Positions 21,496 through 30,909 of a stretch of 64,000 nt of DNA are shown here, piece after piece. Each line of letters begins with the position of its first letter. Positions within the stretch are counted from its first letter, which is position 1. The notes under the pieces were generated by a model. The model saw only the letters and a program-made list of their open reading frames with translations, made no database searches and was not told the DNA's origin. A program made the position numbers and the translations under genes. The stretch spans positions 70 to 64,069 of the forward strand of contig JAHQWP010000218.1 in assembly GCA_029856235.1 (NCBI GenBank). Direction: 5' to 3'. The DNA is from Promethearchaeia archaeon (GTDB taxonomy: Archaea > Asgardarchaeota > Lokiarchaeia > Sigyniarchaeales > SOKP01).

Positions 21496-22359
21496 TTAAT
21501 CAGATTTAGGTGACCGTTTTAGCTTAAAATATGATCTTAACGAATTAAGTGCAAAAAACAAGGTAATCCCCCCAATTGCAATTGAGACAGAGAGAAAAAG
21601 GGGATTAACTATTACTTCAGCTTCATTTGCGTAAAAGTTCATCCAACCAAGTTGACTCACATTTATCCAATTTATTATTAGGTGTAATTGACTTTCGCTA
21701 AGATTAAATGTTAACATTAAGATATTGTTGTAATTACCATTTCCAATAGCATCTAACCACATAACATCACCGCTTGTCACAAGCGAGAGAGAATTTGAGG
21801 GGTTCCAAAGGGCTTGACACTGATTTATTGTAAGTCCTGAAGGATTGGCATGATAAGAGATATTTAGATCAGCATAAGGCATTTGATTATCTAGATCGAC
21901 ATCTCCTATGATTTCAGCACATTCTTCTTGAATGTATCCTCCAATCACGGGGATTTCAACAACAGGAAACCAATCATTTGCCCATTCTTCATAAAACATC
22001 TCTTCTACTGAAGGTAATTTTTCATCGTATAAGCCACCCAACGGATCATTCTTAACTTCATCCAAAAGAGATTGAAATTCAGTTTCTACCGAACACTTAG
22101 CAGTCAAAAGAATATTGGCAAAGTTTTCATCAACTAGATTCTCATTATATACTGTTTGAGACTCAAAACTCAGCATAGCGCCACTTACTGCTAGCCCGAC
22201 GCCCAAAAAAACAATTATCAGATTTAAAATAAGTCGATTTTTTTTTACAGGAGTATTTTTTTCTCTTCTCTTTTTTGAAAAAATACTAATCTTCATTAAT
22301 TTTTCGCCTCTTCTAAGCAAGTAATTAATCTGGAAAAACCATTTTTTTTGATTTCGCAA
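21496..22359 (-). CDS. membrane protein with N- and C-terminal TM helices, co-oriented 19 nt upstream of the giant gene
   Basis: ORF of 287 aa. The more likely start is Met22 (ATG at 22296, MKISIFSKKRREK, GAGG about 12 nt upstream). TM at LNLIIVFLGVGLAVSGAML and at SVSIAIGGITLFFAL. Confidence 0.6.
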   Translation of the reverse strand: MRNQKKWFFQINYLLRRGEKLMKISIFSKKRREKNTPVKKNRLILNLIIVFLGVGLAVSGAMLSFESQTVYNENLVDENFANILLTAKCSVETEFQSLLDEVKNDPLGGLYDEKLPSVEEMFYEEWANDWFPVVEIPVIGGYIQEECAEIIGDVDLDNQMPYADLNISYHANPSGLTINQCQALWNPSNSLSLVTSGDVMWLDAIGNGNYNNILMLTFNLSESQLHLIINWINVSQLGWMNFYANEAEVIVNPLFLSVSIAIGGITLFFALNSLRSYFKLKRSPKSD

Positions 22360-22480
22360 ATGTGAAATACGTAATATTATACATATCTGTTAGACTTTAA
22401 TTTAAACTTATTTGTCTTTTTTTATCGCATAAATAGACTTAAATGTATAACTTACTTAACTAAGATAAGAAATCTATAAA

Positions 22481-25318
22481 ATGAGGATCATCGTGAACAA
22501 ATTAAAAAAACTATTCCTTCTCTTAATTTTAGTTGTATTTTTGATAATAGCTCCAAATATGCAATTTCCTTTAAATTCTAATTTAAGCAGTTTAGAGTCT
22601 GAAGAAAACGCTCAGGATCAGCTCCCTAAAACCAGTCAACCCTTTGTTAATATCTCTATCCCTGAAAATAAAACTTACCTAAGAGATACGAACGATTACC
22701 GTTGTTCGTACGATTTTGAGAATATGTATGATTTCGATGCGGATATAGGTAAAGGAATTATAAATGAGTTGGATGGACATCATCACGTACTAAAACTAGG
22801 TTTTCGTGGTGTTTTATATAAGTATTGGGAAGCTCAATATTCCGGTACTGTTGAATTTTATTTTAGATCTGAAGATGTGACTGATAATTTAGAGATGTTC
22901 TTAGGTTATTTTTGGGAACCAATACACTTATTTGTTGATAATGGCGAATTCTGGTACTATTGGGCTACTGGACGATACGATTCTGGTTGTGACATTATAA
23001 ATTTAGCAGGAGGTTATAAGCCAAAAAACAATGTATGGCATCATATTAGAATTGATTTTGAAATTACTAATGGAGGTTATGCAAGTTTAGAAAAAGAAGA
23101 GTGGAAACTCACAGTTGATGGACATTCATCTGGAGAGTTAAAAATGTGGAAAGATGTTTGGACTAGCAGTCCACCAAGTTTAAAGGTAGACGGTGTATTT
23201 TTAGATTCTTGGGTTAATTATCCAGATGGTGGAGCTTATTTTGACGCTTTTGGCTTTAGCTGGGATAATCCTTATTATTCTGTAGGAGATAACTTAGAGG
23301 AAGGCTTTCCTTTAAGCTTTACCTATGAAAGTGCTATTGATTTTGTTTCATTTAAATTTTCTCTTGATGGTCAGCCTAATATTTCTATTCCAGGGGATTT
23401 TATAATTGAACTGCCCGATTATGGCCCTCATACTATTCAGGTTTTTGGAACAAGCGATACAAGTGATGTTTATCACTCAGAAATAAGACATTTCTTAATG
23501 AGCCCAATAAAAGTCCTTACTCCTTACGAAGACTCGGTGTGGGAAGAAGGTAGTAGCTACGACATAACATGGATCTCAGAATCAACTTTCGATCTTATCG
23601 ATATTGAAATCTATAAGGGAAATAAACTGAAGTTTGCGTTTCCGAATATTAACACTTCCCAAGCTCAAGGAGTCTTCTCTTGGAATATTACTGCTGATAC
23701 ACAACGAGGTATTGATTGGATGGTAAACATTAGCAGTAGTAGCGATCCTTCGCTCTATTCGCTAAGTGATAGATTTCACTTAGCTTCTTCTATATCAGTA
23801 ATCTTTCCTAAATCGACTTCTTCTTGGTCCTCCAATAATTACTATAGCATAACATGGAGTACTTTAGGTACCATCGATTTTGTCGATATCGAGTTATATA
23901 ATGGGACGGAGTTTAAGTATTCGCTCGTAAATAGAACGGATAATGACGGTTCCTTTACCTATTTTCTTCCCTTTAGCATCGAAGCAAGTTTTTTTTGGCG
24001 AGTAAAAGTAATTGATAGCGATAATTCAAGCATTTTTTCGTATAGCCCCTACTTTGAAATTTTTACTTATAAATCCTTTTCGTTTATCGATCCTAACTCA
24101 GATACGGTATGGGAGAGAGGAACGAGCCAATATATCACCTGGACATCGACAGGAAATATCATTTATGTGGACATTGAACTATATAAAGATGGTATCCTCC
24201 AATATTCGATTGTGAATTCAACTGAAAATGATTGGGCAAGATATTGGGAAATCCCCAAAGATCAAGAAGCGGGAGCGGATTATCAATTAAGGATGATTGA
24301 TGTTTACAATAACTCTGTAGATGCTTGGAGCGAAGAATTTGAAATAAAAGTAATCCCAGATATTTATATTACTAGTCCACATAGCACGTCTGCTTGGAAA
24401 TCTGAATCGAGTTATCTAATTACCTGGGGAAACTCGGCGAGAGCTAACATCTCGAGAGTCATTATCGAAATTCGTAAAGGATTTGATTTAAAGTATTCAT
24501 TAGGTGAAACTGATAATGATGGAAGCTATTTGTGGATATTACCGTATAATCCTGAACCAGCCACGGATTGGAATGTAAAAATAAGTGATGCCCATAACGA
24601 ATCGACTTATACCTATAGCCCTAGTTTTGAAATTTATACCGATAAATCAGTTTTTCTAACCGGACCTTCGACTACTTCGGTATGGGCAGCTACTAGAACT
24701 TATACGATTACATGGAGTACAACTGGTACAATTTTTAGTGTCAATTTGAGTATATATCAAGGAACTAGTTTAATTCAAGCATTTGATGAAATTGAGAACG
24801 ATGGATTTTTCGACTGGACAATTCCAGAAGGAGTACAAGCCAGCACAGATTGGTCGATTGAGATAAGAGTTTCTGATTATGAATATATAACTTATCAAAG
24901 CCAAAATTTTGAAATCTACATTATAAAATCGCTTGGTATTACTCATCCAAATGCAACAGTTGTTCTAGAAAAGGGACAATATTATGATATTACATGGAAT
25001 ACTAAAGGCGTGATTGATAACATAGATATAGAACTTTATAAGGATAATTCATTCGTAAGAACTATTACGAGCGATGAATTAAACGACGGGAGGTTTCTAT
25101 GGCAAGTACCAAGTTCTCTAGAAGATTCATCAAATTACAAGATCAAGATCATGGATTCAACGAATTCATCAGTATATGACTATAGCGATTACTCCTTTGA
25201 GGTGAAAACGGGACTTGAAACAGGTATACCTGGTTTTCATATTTTATTCTTATTCATGGGATTCTTCATTACAACCACGGTATTATTAGAAAAAATGTGG
25301 AAAAAACTAAAAAAATAA
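22481..25318 (+). CDS. secreted/anchored surface protein: LamG_3-like module + six ~95-aa Ser/Thr-rich beta-sandwich repeats + PGF-CTERM-like tail
   Basis: Signal peptide. Same LamG signature as the giant protein (WHHIRIDF at 23036-23059; YFDAFGFSWDNPYYSVGDN). Six repeats of the pattern W..G..Y.ITW...G.I..VDIELY...NDG.F.W.IP. C-terminus is GIPGFHILFLFMGFFITTTVLL + KKLKK. Confidence 0.85.
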   Translation: MRIIVNKLKKLFLLLILVVFLIIAPNMQFPLNSNLSSLESEENAQDQLPKTSQPFVNISIPENKTYLRDTNDYRCSYDFENMYDFDADIGKGIINELDGHHHVLKLGFRGVLYKYWEAQYSGTVEFYFRSEDVTDNLEMFLGYFWEPIHLFVDNGEFWYYWATGRYDSGCDIINLAGGYKPKNNVWHHIRIDFEITNGGYASLEKEEWKLTVDGHSSGELKMWKDVWTSSPPSLKVDGVFLDSWVNYPDGGAYFDAFGFSWDNPYYSVGDNLEEGFPLSFTYESAIDFVSFKFSLDGQPNISIPGDFIIELPDYGPHTIQVFGTSDTSDVYHSEIRHFLMSPIKVLTPYEDSVWEEGSSYDITWISESTFDLIDIEIYKGNKLKFAFPNINTSQAQGVFSWNITADTQRGIDWMVNISSSSDPSLYSLSDRFHLASSISVIFPKSTSSWSSNNYYSITWSTLGTIDFVDIELYNGTEFKYSLVNRTDNDGSFTYFLPFSIEASFFWRVKVIDSDNSSIFSYSPYFEIFTYKSFSFIDPNSDTVWERGTSQYITWTSTGNIIYVDIELYKDGILQYSIVNSTENDWARYWEIPKDQEAGADYQLRMIDVYNNSVDAWSEEFEIKVIPDIYITSPHSTSAWKSESSYLITWGNSARANISRVIIEIRKGFDLKYSLGETDNDGSYLWILPYNPEPATDWNVKISDAHNESTYTYSPSFEIYTDKSVFLTGPSTTSVWAATRTYTITWSTTGTIFSVNLSIYQGTSLIQAFDEIENDGFFDWTIPEGVQASTDWSIEIRVSDYEYITYQSQNFEIYIIKSLGITHPNATVVLEKGQYYDITWNTKGVIDNIDIELYKDNSFVRTITSDELNDGRFLWQVPSSLEDSSNYKIKIMDSTNSSVYDYSDYSFEVKTGLETGIPGFHILFLFMGFFITTTVLLEKMWKKLKK
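23505..25205 (+). repeat. six tandem ~95-aa coding repeats (Kre9/KNH-like Ser-Thr-rich module)
   Basis: Repeat openings: IKVLTPYEDSVWEEGSSYDITW, ISVIFPKSTSSWSSNNYYSITW, FSFIDPNSDTVWERGTSQYITW, IYITSPHSTSAWKSESSYLITW, VFLTGPSTTSVWAATRTYTITW, LGITHPNATVVLEKGQYYDITW. Confidence 0.8.
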
Positions 25319-25333
25319 AAGATTAAAAAAGTA

Positions 25334-27742
25334 TTATTGAATTTTTATTTTATTTCGTTCTTTTAAAAGTAATAGTAAAGAGATTCCTAAAATGCTAAAG
25401 ATGATAAATAGACCATATCCGATAACAGGGTCTCCAGTTTCTAGGCAATCGTTATTTTCAAATACATTCCCAACGCAATCTCCAGATTCTCTGAAGCATT
25501 CACCTTTATTTCTAACTTTGTTATTCCTTATAGTATTATAGCTGCTATCACGAAAATCAATTCCATAATGTCCACTCCCATCAATAGAATTGTTGACAAT
25601 TAAATTAGAATCACTCTCCCCTAATTGAATGCCATCCGTATAAGAAGTGATATGATTAGAATCTATAGTATTGTTTGATGATTCATAAATATCAATTCCA
25701 TGAAAATCACTATCTATGGTATTATGGCTTATTTGATTGAAATTACTTTGAAAGCTAATTCTTATTGGAGTTATACAGGCACTGAAATCATTGTCAGACA
25801 CATTATTGTTTTCACTATTCATATATAGATGCACTCCTCTGGTGTATGACAAAAAAGTATTGTCATAAACCTCATTATCACTACCACCACTAATAAGAAT
25901 ACCATTATGAGAATCCGTGAATCCTTGATCTAAATGATCTTGGAAAATGTTATGGAAAATCTTGTTACGTTGAGAACTACCTACATCTAAACCGTTATTA
26001 TGATTTCCAGAGATAGCATTAGAAGAGATATTGGAGTCACTTATAGTTGTATATATGCCTGTGTCGCCATTATAGTCTGCAAAATTCATCGAGATTTCAT
26101 GCTTTCTTCCAGAAGAAATCCGTATCCCATGCTCATGATTATAAGACGCAGTATTTCCTTGAATAGTATTGTTAAATGACCCATGGACATATATCCCATA
26201 ACCGTTTCCAAATCCATAATCATGCCCATAATAATAAGAGCCAAAGAAATTATTATTTGCTTCGTTTGATTGAAGAGTACAATTTACGCTATTTTGTATG
26301 AAGATACCTCCATCTCCATTGAAATTAGTTATTGAATCGACTATTTCACACAAATCGCAGTTATTAAGATAAATTCCAAATCCAGTATTATTATTTGACA
26401 CAATATCAGATAATATTACATTGCGACATTCAATTAGACTCGCACCTATAGTTCCAAAACTAAGATCTAAATTTGAAGCTTGAGAATCGTTACACCTTAA
26501 TAAAACAACTTGGCCAGCGTTAACAAAATCACTGTTAGATAGATTTTTAGTAGAATTATAATAATATAATTTTTTACCATTTACTAAATTTGTGTTAGAA
26601 ACAAAATTGGTGATTAACGAATCAGTCGAGCCCCAAACATTTACACCGCAATTAAAAAGCTCATTATCCGTTATATTGTTATACTCCACATTATCTATAT
26701 TAATACCACAGATATGGTTATTGCTAGCGTTATTAAGGTTAATTTTGTTGTATTGGACTATCTCATAACCGGTCCAATCGGTCAGATCAATACCAATAGT
26801 GTTATCAAAAACAGTGTTTGAACTTATGTTATTAAAGGTAGCGCCACCTGCTAGTTTGATTCCAGAATCTGTATTATTGAAAACTATATTTTCTGTGATA
26901 TGATTGTTGCTAGTATATCCCATTCTTATTCCATCGTTGTTTCTCGTAATGATATTCTCTGAGACAGTATTATTTTTACATGAATTTAATACTATCCCCT
27001 CTTGACCGTTGTTCGTAATCGTATTCTTAATTAACTGGTTATTTTCGCCGCTTAAAGATATTCCGTCATCATCGCTATTGGTTATATGATTTTCTGAGAT
27101 CATATTATTATTCCCATCCACTATTAATCCTCTATTTCTATCCGAATTAGATATCGTATTGTTAAAAATAGTTGTCCCATTACAATTTTCAAGATACATA
27201 TTAAATTCACGAGTAGATCTAATGATATTCCCTGAAAACCAATTATCATAGCTATTTAGGAAGTAAACGCCATACTTATTATAAAACAGGTCACAATCTA
27301 CTACTCTCCCGTTGGATACATTATCGAACTCTATTGCGTAAGCCTCGAAATTACCATAAACATCTTTTATTCCACAGTCGTTAATTCTGAAGTGGACATC
27401 TGAATTCCTTATTTCTATAGCGTTAGAACCGTATCCAGGAGCAAAAAATGTATTTTCAATTAAATATGGATTTAAAAAAGTATTGCCAGGACCACCTGAG
27501 CACCACGCGTAAGTAGATGCGGTATATGCCCAATCCATCGTGGGATTAGTATTATCAATCTCGATATCAGTAAAGTTGTAGAGATACGAGGTTTTTAAGG
27601 AATCTTTTTCAAATTCCGTGTTGATATCACTTTCCTTTTCAGTAAAATAAAAACCATCGTAAAAGAAATTGAATGTAAAAGATATTCCTAACAAAATTAC
27701 GCATATTATAAAAAGCATTTCTATCTTATTTTTAGATTTCAT
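25334..27742 (-). CDS. right-handed parallel beta-helix (NosD/pectate-lyase-like) surface protein, C-terminal TM anchor (copy 1)
   Basis: 802 aa. Signal/anchor at the N-terminus. Dozens of ~22-aa N/G/I-rich repeats (NxIxxNxxxGIxL). C-terminal GYGLFIIFSILGISLLLLL + KERNK. Confidence 0.85.
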   Translation of the reverse strand: MKSKNKIEMLFIICVILLGISFTFNFFYDGFYFTEKESDINTEFEKDSLKTSYLYNFTDIEIDNTNPTMDWAYTASTYAWCSGGPGNTFLNPYLIENTFFAPGYGSNAIEIRNSDVHFRINDCGIKDVYGNFEAYAIEFDNVSNGRVVDCDLFYNKYGVYFLNSYDNWFSGNIIRSTREFNMYLENCNGTTIFNNTISNSDRNRGLIVDGNNNMISENHITNSDDDGISLSGENNQLIKNTITNNGQEGIVLNSCKNNTVSENIITRNNDGIRMGYTSNNHITENIVFNNTDSGIKLAGGATFNNISSNTVFDNTIGIDLTDWTGYEIVQYNKINLNNASNNHICGINIDNVEYNNITDNELFNCGVNVWGSTDSLITNFVSNTNLVNGKKLYYYNSTKNLSNSDFVNAGQVVLLRCNDSQASNLDLSFGTIGASLIECRNVILSDIVSNNNTGFGIYLNNCDLCEIVDSITNFNGDGGIFIQNSVNCTLQSNEANNNFFGSYYYGHDYGFGNGYGIYVHGSFNNTIQGNTASYNHEHGIRISSGRKHEISMNFADYNGDTGIYTTISDSNISSNAISGNHNNGLDVGSSQRNKIFHNIFQDHLDQGFTDSHNGILISGGSDNEVYDNTFLSYTRGVHLYMNSENNNVSDNDFSACITPIRISFQSNFNQISHNTIDSDFHGIDIYESSNNTIDSNHITSYTDGIQLGESDSNLIVNNSIDGSGHYGIDFRDSSYNTIRNNKVRNKGECFRESGDCVGNVFENNDCLETGDPVIGYGLFIIFSILGISLLLLLKERNKIKIQ

Positions 27743-27886
27743 ATGAATTACCCTCTAAACGGTAATATTTACAGAATTGTTAAAATAGTATTTAATATTT
27801 TCGCTTCGAATTATTTGAATTGTAAAATAACAAGATAAGATTTCACAATTTTCTTATAGTAAAGTGTAAAAAAGAAAAAAAGAGAT

Positions 27887-30295
27887 TCATTTATTTTTTT
27901 TTATTTGTTTTTTTAAAAGTAATAGAAAAGAGATTCCTAATACGCTAAAGAGGATGTATAAATCAAATCCACCGATAATATCTCCAGTTTCTTGGCAGAC
28001 ATTATTTTCAAATACATTCCCAACGCAACCTCCAGATTCTACAAAGCAATTAGCTTTATTTCTTATTGTGTTATCTCGTATAGTGTTATAACTAGCATGA
28101 TGGAGTTCAATACCAGTAAAGCCACTCCCCTTAAGAGTGTTATTAACAATTAAATTATAATCACTATCCATTGCTTTTATGCCTGATTGATAACTAGTAA
28201 TTTCATTAGAATCTACAGTATTATTTGAGGATTCTTCTATATCAATTCCCCCCCAATCACTATTGATGGTATTATAACTTAAGTAATTGTGATGGCTATT
28301 GTAGTATATTTTGATTGGTGTTATACAGTCACTAAAATCGTTGTTAAAAACAACATTGTCTTCACTAGATGAATATAGGTGCACTCCTCTGGTGTATGAT
28401 GAAAATGTATTATCATAAATGTCATTCTGTATACTATTCGTTAAATAAACGCCATTGTGAGATGTCAAGAACCCTTGACCGGAATGGTCTTGTACGATGT
28501 TCTGATAAACCTTGTTATCTGTACAAGCATCTAAATGCAAACCGTTATCGTAATTTCCAGAAATAGTATTTGAAAATATATTCGTGTTTCGTAGTCCAAC
28601 TACAAAAATACCTGAGTCGCCATTGTAATCTACATAATTCATCGAGATTTCATGATCTCTTCCAGATGGGATCTCTATCCCATGCTCGTGGTTATAAGAC
28701 GCTGTATTTCCTTGAATACTGTTATTAAAGGAGCCATGGGCATAAATTCCATTGCCAATTCCAAAATCATAAAGATAGCCATAAATATAAGAGCCAAAGA
28801 AATTATTATTTGCTTCGTTTGATTGAATAGTGCAATTAAAACTATTTTTCATAATAATTCCACCATCTCCGTTGAAATTAGCTTCCGATTCTCCTATTTT
28901 ACATAAATCGCAGTTATCAAGAAAAATACCATATACAGTATTATTATTAGACAATATGTTGGAGAATACTACATTACGGCATTCAATTAAAATAAGACCG
29001 ATAGTGCCGAAACTAAGATCTAAATTTGAAACTTGAGAATCGTTGCACCTTACCAATATAACTTGACCAGCGTTAACAAAATCACTGTTAAATAAATTAC
29101 TGGTTGAATTATAAAAATAAAGCTTTTTACCATTCACTAGATTTGTATCGGATATAAAGTTGGTAATTAACGAATCAGTCGAGCCCCAAACATTTACACC
29201 GTTATTAATTAGATTGTTATCCGTTATGTTATTATACTCCACATTATCTATATTAATACCACAAAGAGCATTATTGCTAGCATTATTTAAGTTAATTTTA
29301 TTATACTGAACAGTATTATATTGCTCGGTCAGATCAATACCATAAGTGTTATACTCAACGGTGTTTTCAGTTATATTATTGAAGTTAGCCTCATCTCCAT
29401 CTAACCTGATTCCAGAAATTCTATTATATGAAGCTATATTTTTTTTTATGTGATTATTAGTAGCATAACGAATTCTTATACCGTTTAAGTAATTAGCGAT
29501 AATAATATTCTCGGAGATAGTATTATTTTTACAATCAAATAGTGCAATCCCATCATCTCCGCTATTCATAATAGTATTCTTAATTAACTGGTTATTTTCA
29601 CCGGATAAATAGATTCCGTAATCAGCAGTATGGTTTATATAATTTTCTGAGATCAAATTATTATCCCCATCAATTAGAATTGCGGAATTCCTCGTATTTG
29701 TCAAAGTATTATTGAAAATAACAGTATCATTAGAGTTTTCAAAATAAATATTGTAATCCTCAGTATTGTCAAGAACATTCCCTGAAAACCAATTATCATA
29801 ACTATTAAGGAAGTGAACGCCATACTTGTTATTAAAAAAGTCGCAATCTACTACTCTCCCGTTAGACACATTATCAAACTCTATAGCGTACGATTCCCAA
29901 TTACCCCAAGCATGTTCTATTCCACAGTCTTTAATTCTGAAGTGGACATCTGAATTCCGTATTTCCATAGCATTAGGGCCATAACCTGGTGTAAATAAGG
30001 TATCCTCAATAAAATAAGGGTTTGAAATGTCTCCAGGACCACCTGAGCACCATGCGTAAGTAGATTCCGTATAAGCCCAATCCATAGAAGGATTAGTGTT
30101 ATCAATCTCAATATTTGTAAAGTTGTAGAGATACGAGGTTTTTAAGGAATCTTTTTCAAATTCCGTGTTGTTATCACTTTCCTTTTCAGTGAAATAAAAA
30201 CCACTATTAATTGTAAACGATTTGAATGTAAAAGATATTCCTAACAAAATTACGCATATTATAAAAAGCATTTCTATCTTTTTTTTAGATTTCAT
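27887..30295 (-). CDS. right-handed parallel beta-helix surface protein (copy 2, tandem paralogue)
   Basis: 802 aa, collinear with 25334..27742. The N-terminal ~90 aa and several internal blocks are nearly identical. Confidence 0.85.
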   Translation of the reverse strand: MKSKKKIEMLFIICVILLGISFTFKSFTINSGFYFTEKESDNNTEFEKDSLKTSYLYNFTNIEIDNTNPSMDWAYTESTYAWCSGGPGDISNPYFIEDTLFTPGYGPNAMEIRNSDVHFRIKDCGIEHAWGNWESYAIEFDNVSNGRVVDCDFFNNKYGVHFLNSYDNWFSGNVLDNTEDYNIYFENSNDTVIFNNTLTNTRNSAILIDGDNNLISENYINHTADYGIYLSGENNQLIKNTIMNSGDDGIALFDCKNNTISENIIIANYLNGIRIRYATNNHIKKNIASYNRISGIRLDGDEANFNNITENTVEYNTYGIDLTEQYNTVQYNKINLNNASNNALCGINIDNVEYNNITDNNLINNGVNVWGSTDSLITNFISDTNLVNGKKLYFYNSTSNLFNSDFVNAGQVILVRCNDSQVSNLDLSFGTIGLILIECRNVVFSNILSNNNTVYGIFLDNCDLCKIGESEANFNGDGGIIMKNSFNCTIQSNEANNNFFGSYIYGYLYDFGIGNGIYAHGSFNNSIQGNTASYNHEHGIEIPSGRDHEISMNYVDYNGDSGIFVVGLRNTNIFSNTISGNYDNGLHLDACTDNKVYQNIVQDHSGQGFLTSHNGVYLTNSIQNDIYDNTFSSYTRGVHLYSSSEDNVVFNNDFSDCITPIKIYYNSHHNYLSYNTINSDWGGIDIEESSNNTVDSNEITSYQSGIKAMDSDYNLIVNNTLKGSGFTGIELHHASYNTIRDNTIRNKANCFVESGGCVGNVFENNVCQETGDIIGGFDLYILFSVLGISFLLLLKKQIKKNK

Positions 30296-30551
30296 ACGTA
30301 TTATCCTCTAAATGGTAATACTTACAAGATTGTTAAAATCGTATTTAACACTTTCGTTTTGAAGATGTGTTAAATTCAAATCTGAAGTGTATAATTAGAT
30401 GACTTATTTCTTCTTACGTTTGAATGCTTATGCTTAACTTTAACAGGTACATCGCTAAACTGAATTGAGTGTTCAAGTAATCTGTAGAAAATCTTGAATA
30501 TTAACGCTCTACAAATAATATTTGATTAATTTCAGAAATCTAAAATGAATT

Positions 30552-30561
30552 AAAAAAAAAA
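30552..30561 (-). terminator. oligo-T tract (A10 on + strand)
   Basis: 10 nt downstream of the minus-strand gene ending at 30571. Confidence 0.35.
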
Positions 30562-30570
30562 GAATTAGAT

Positions 30571-30813
30571 TTAATCTTTTCTTTTTGCTCTTAATACAAA
30601 AAGGAGGATCGAAACTGCAATTAAAATGATACCAACTGTGAGCAATACATAGAAGGAAACTACACTTTCAGGATTCATTGTGGTTCCAGGAAATGTTTGT
30701 TTTAACGCTATGTCCATTAAGAGAATGATGGTCCAACCGGTCATAAGAATAGCTCCGAGGACCATTGTAATAATAGCAAATACCAACATAACTGTTTTTG
30801 CCACTTGTTTCAC
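30571..30813 (-). CDS. small 3-TM membrane protein, paralogue of 10498..10743
   Basis: 80 aa. See 10498..10743. Confidence 0.6.
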   Translation of the reverse strand: MKQVAKTVMLVFAIITMVLGAILMTGWTIILLMDIALKQTFPGTTMNPESVVSFYVLLTVGIILIAVSILLFVLRAKRKD

Positions 30814-30909
30814 CTATAGTTTTAGATTTCGAAATTATATATAAGATTTGTTTTTCAAGTATTTAAGTTTTACATTATTGTCTTCTATGATGATATATTG
30901 ACAAAATTG

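Larger units (their letters stand above)
25334..30365 (-). repeat. tandem duplication (unit ~2.55 kb) of beta-helix gene plus its 5' leader/promoter
   Basis: Copy 1 is 25334-27812 and copy 2 is 27887-30365. Upstream leaders align (...cctctaaa[c/t]ggtaata[t/c]ttaca[g/a]gattgttaaaat[a/c]gtatttaa...). Confidence 0.85.

Noticed and set aside
23505-25205. Regular ~285-nt periodicity that could superficially suggest a repeat array or CRISPR
   Set aside because: The period is far too long and the units are diverged. They are in frame within one ORF, so these are protein repeats, not a CRISPR array. No short direct-repeat/spacer structure was seen anywhere in the window.
28369-30111. Short ORFs overlapping the beta-helix genes (28369..28566, 28830..29036, 29917..30111)
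   Set aside because: They are antisense or out of frame within a well-supported repeat-protein gene.
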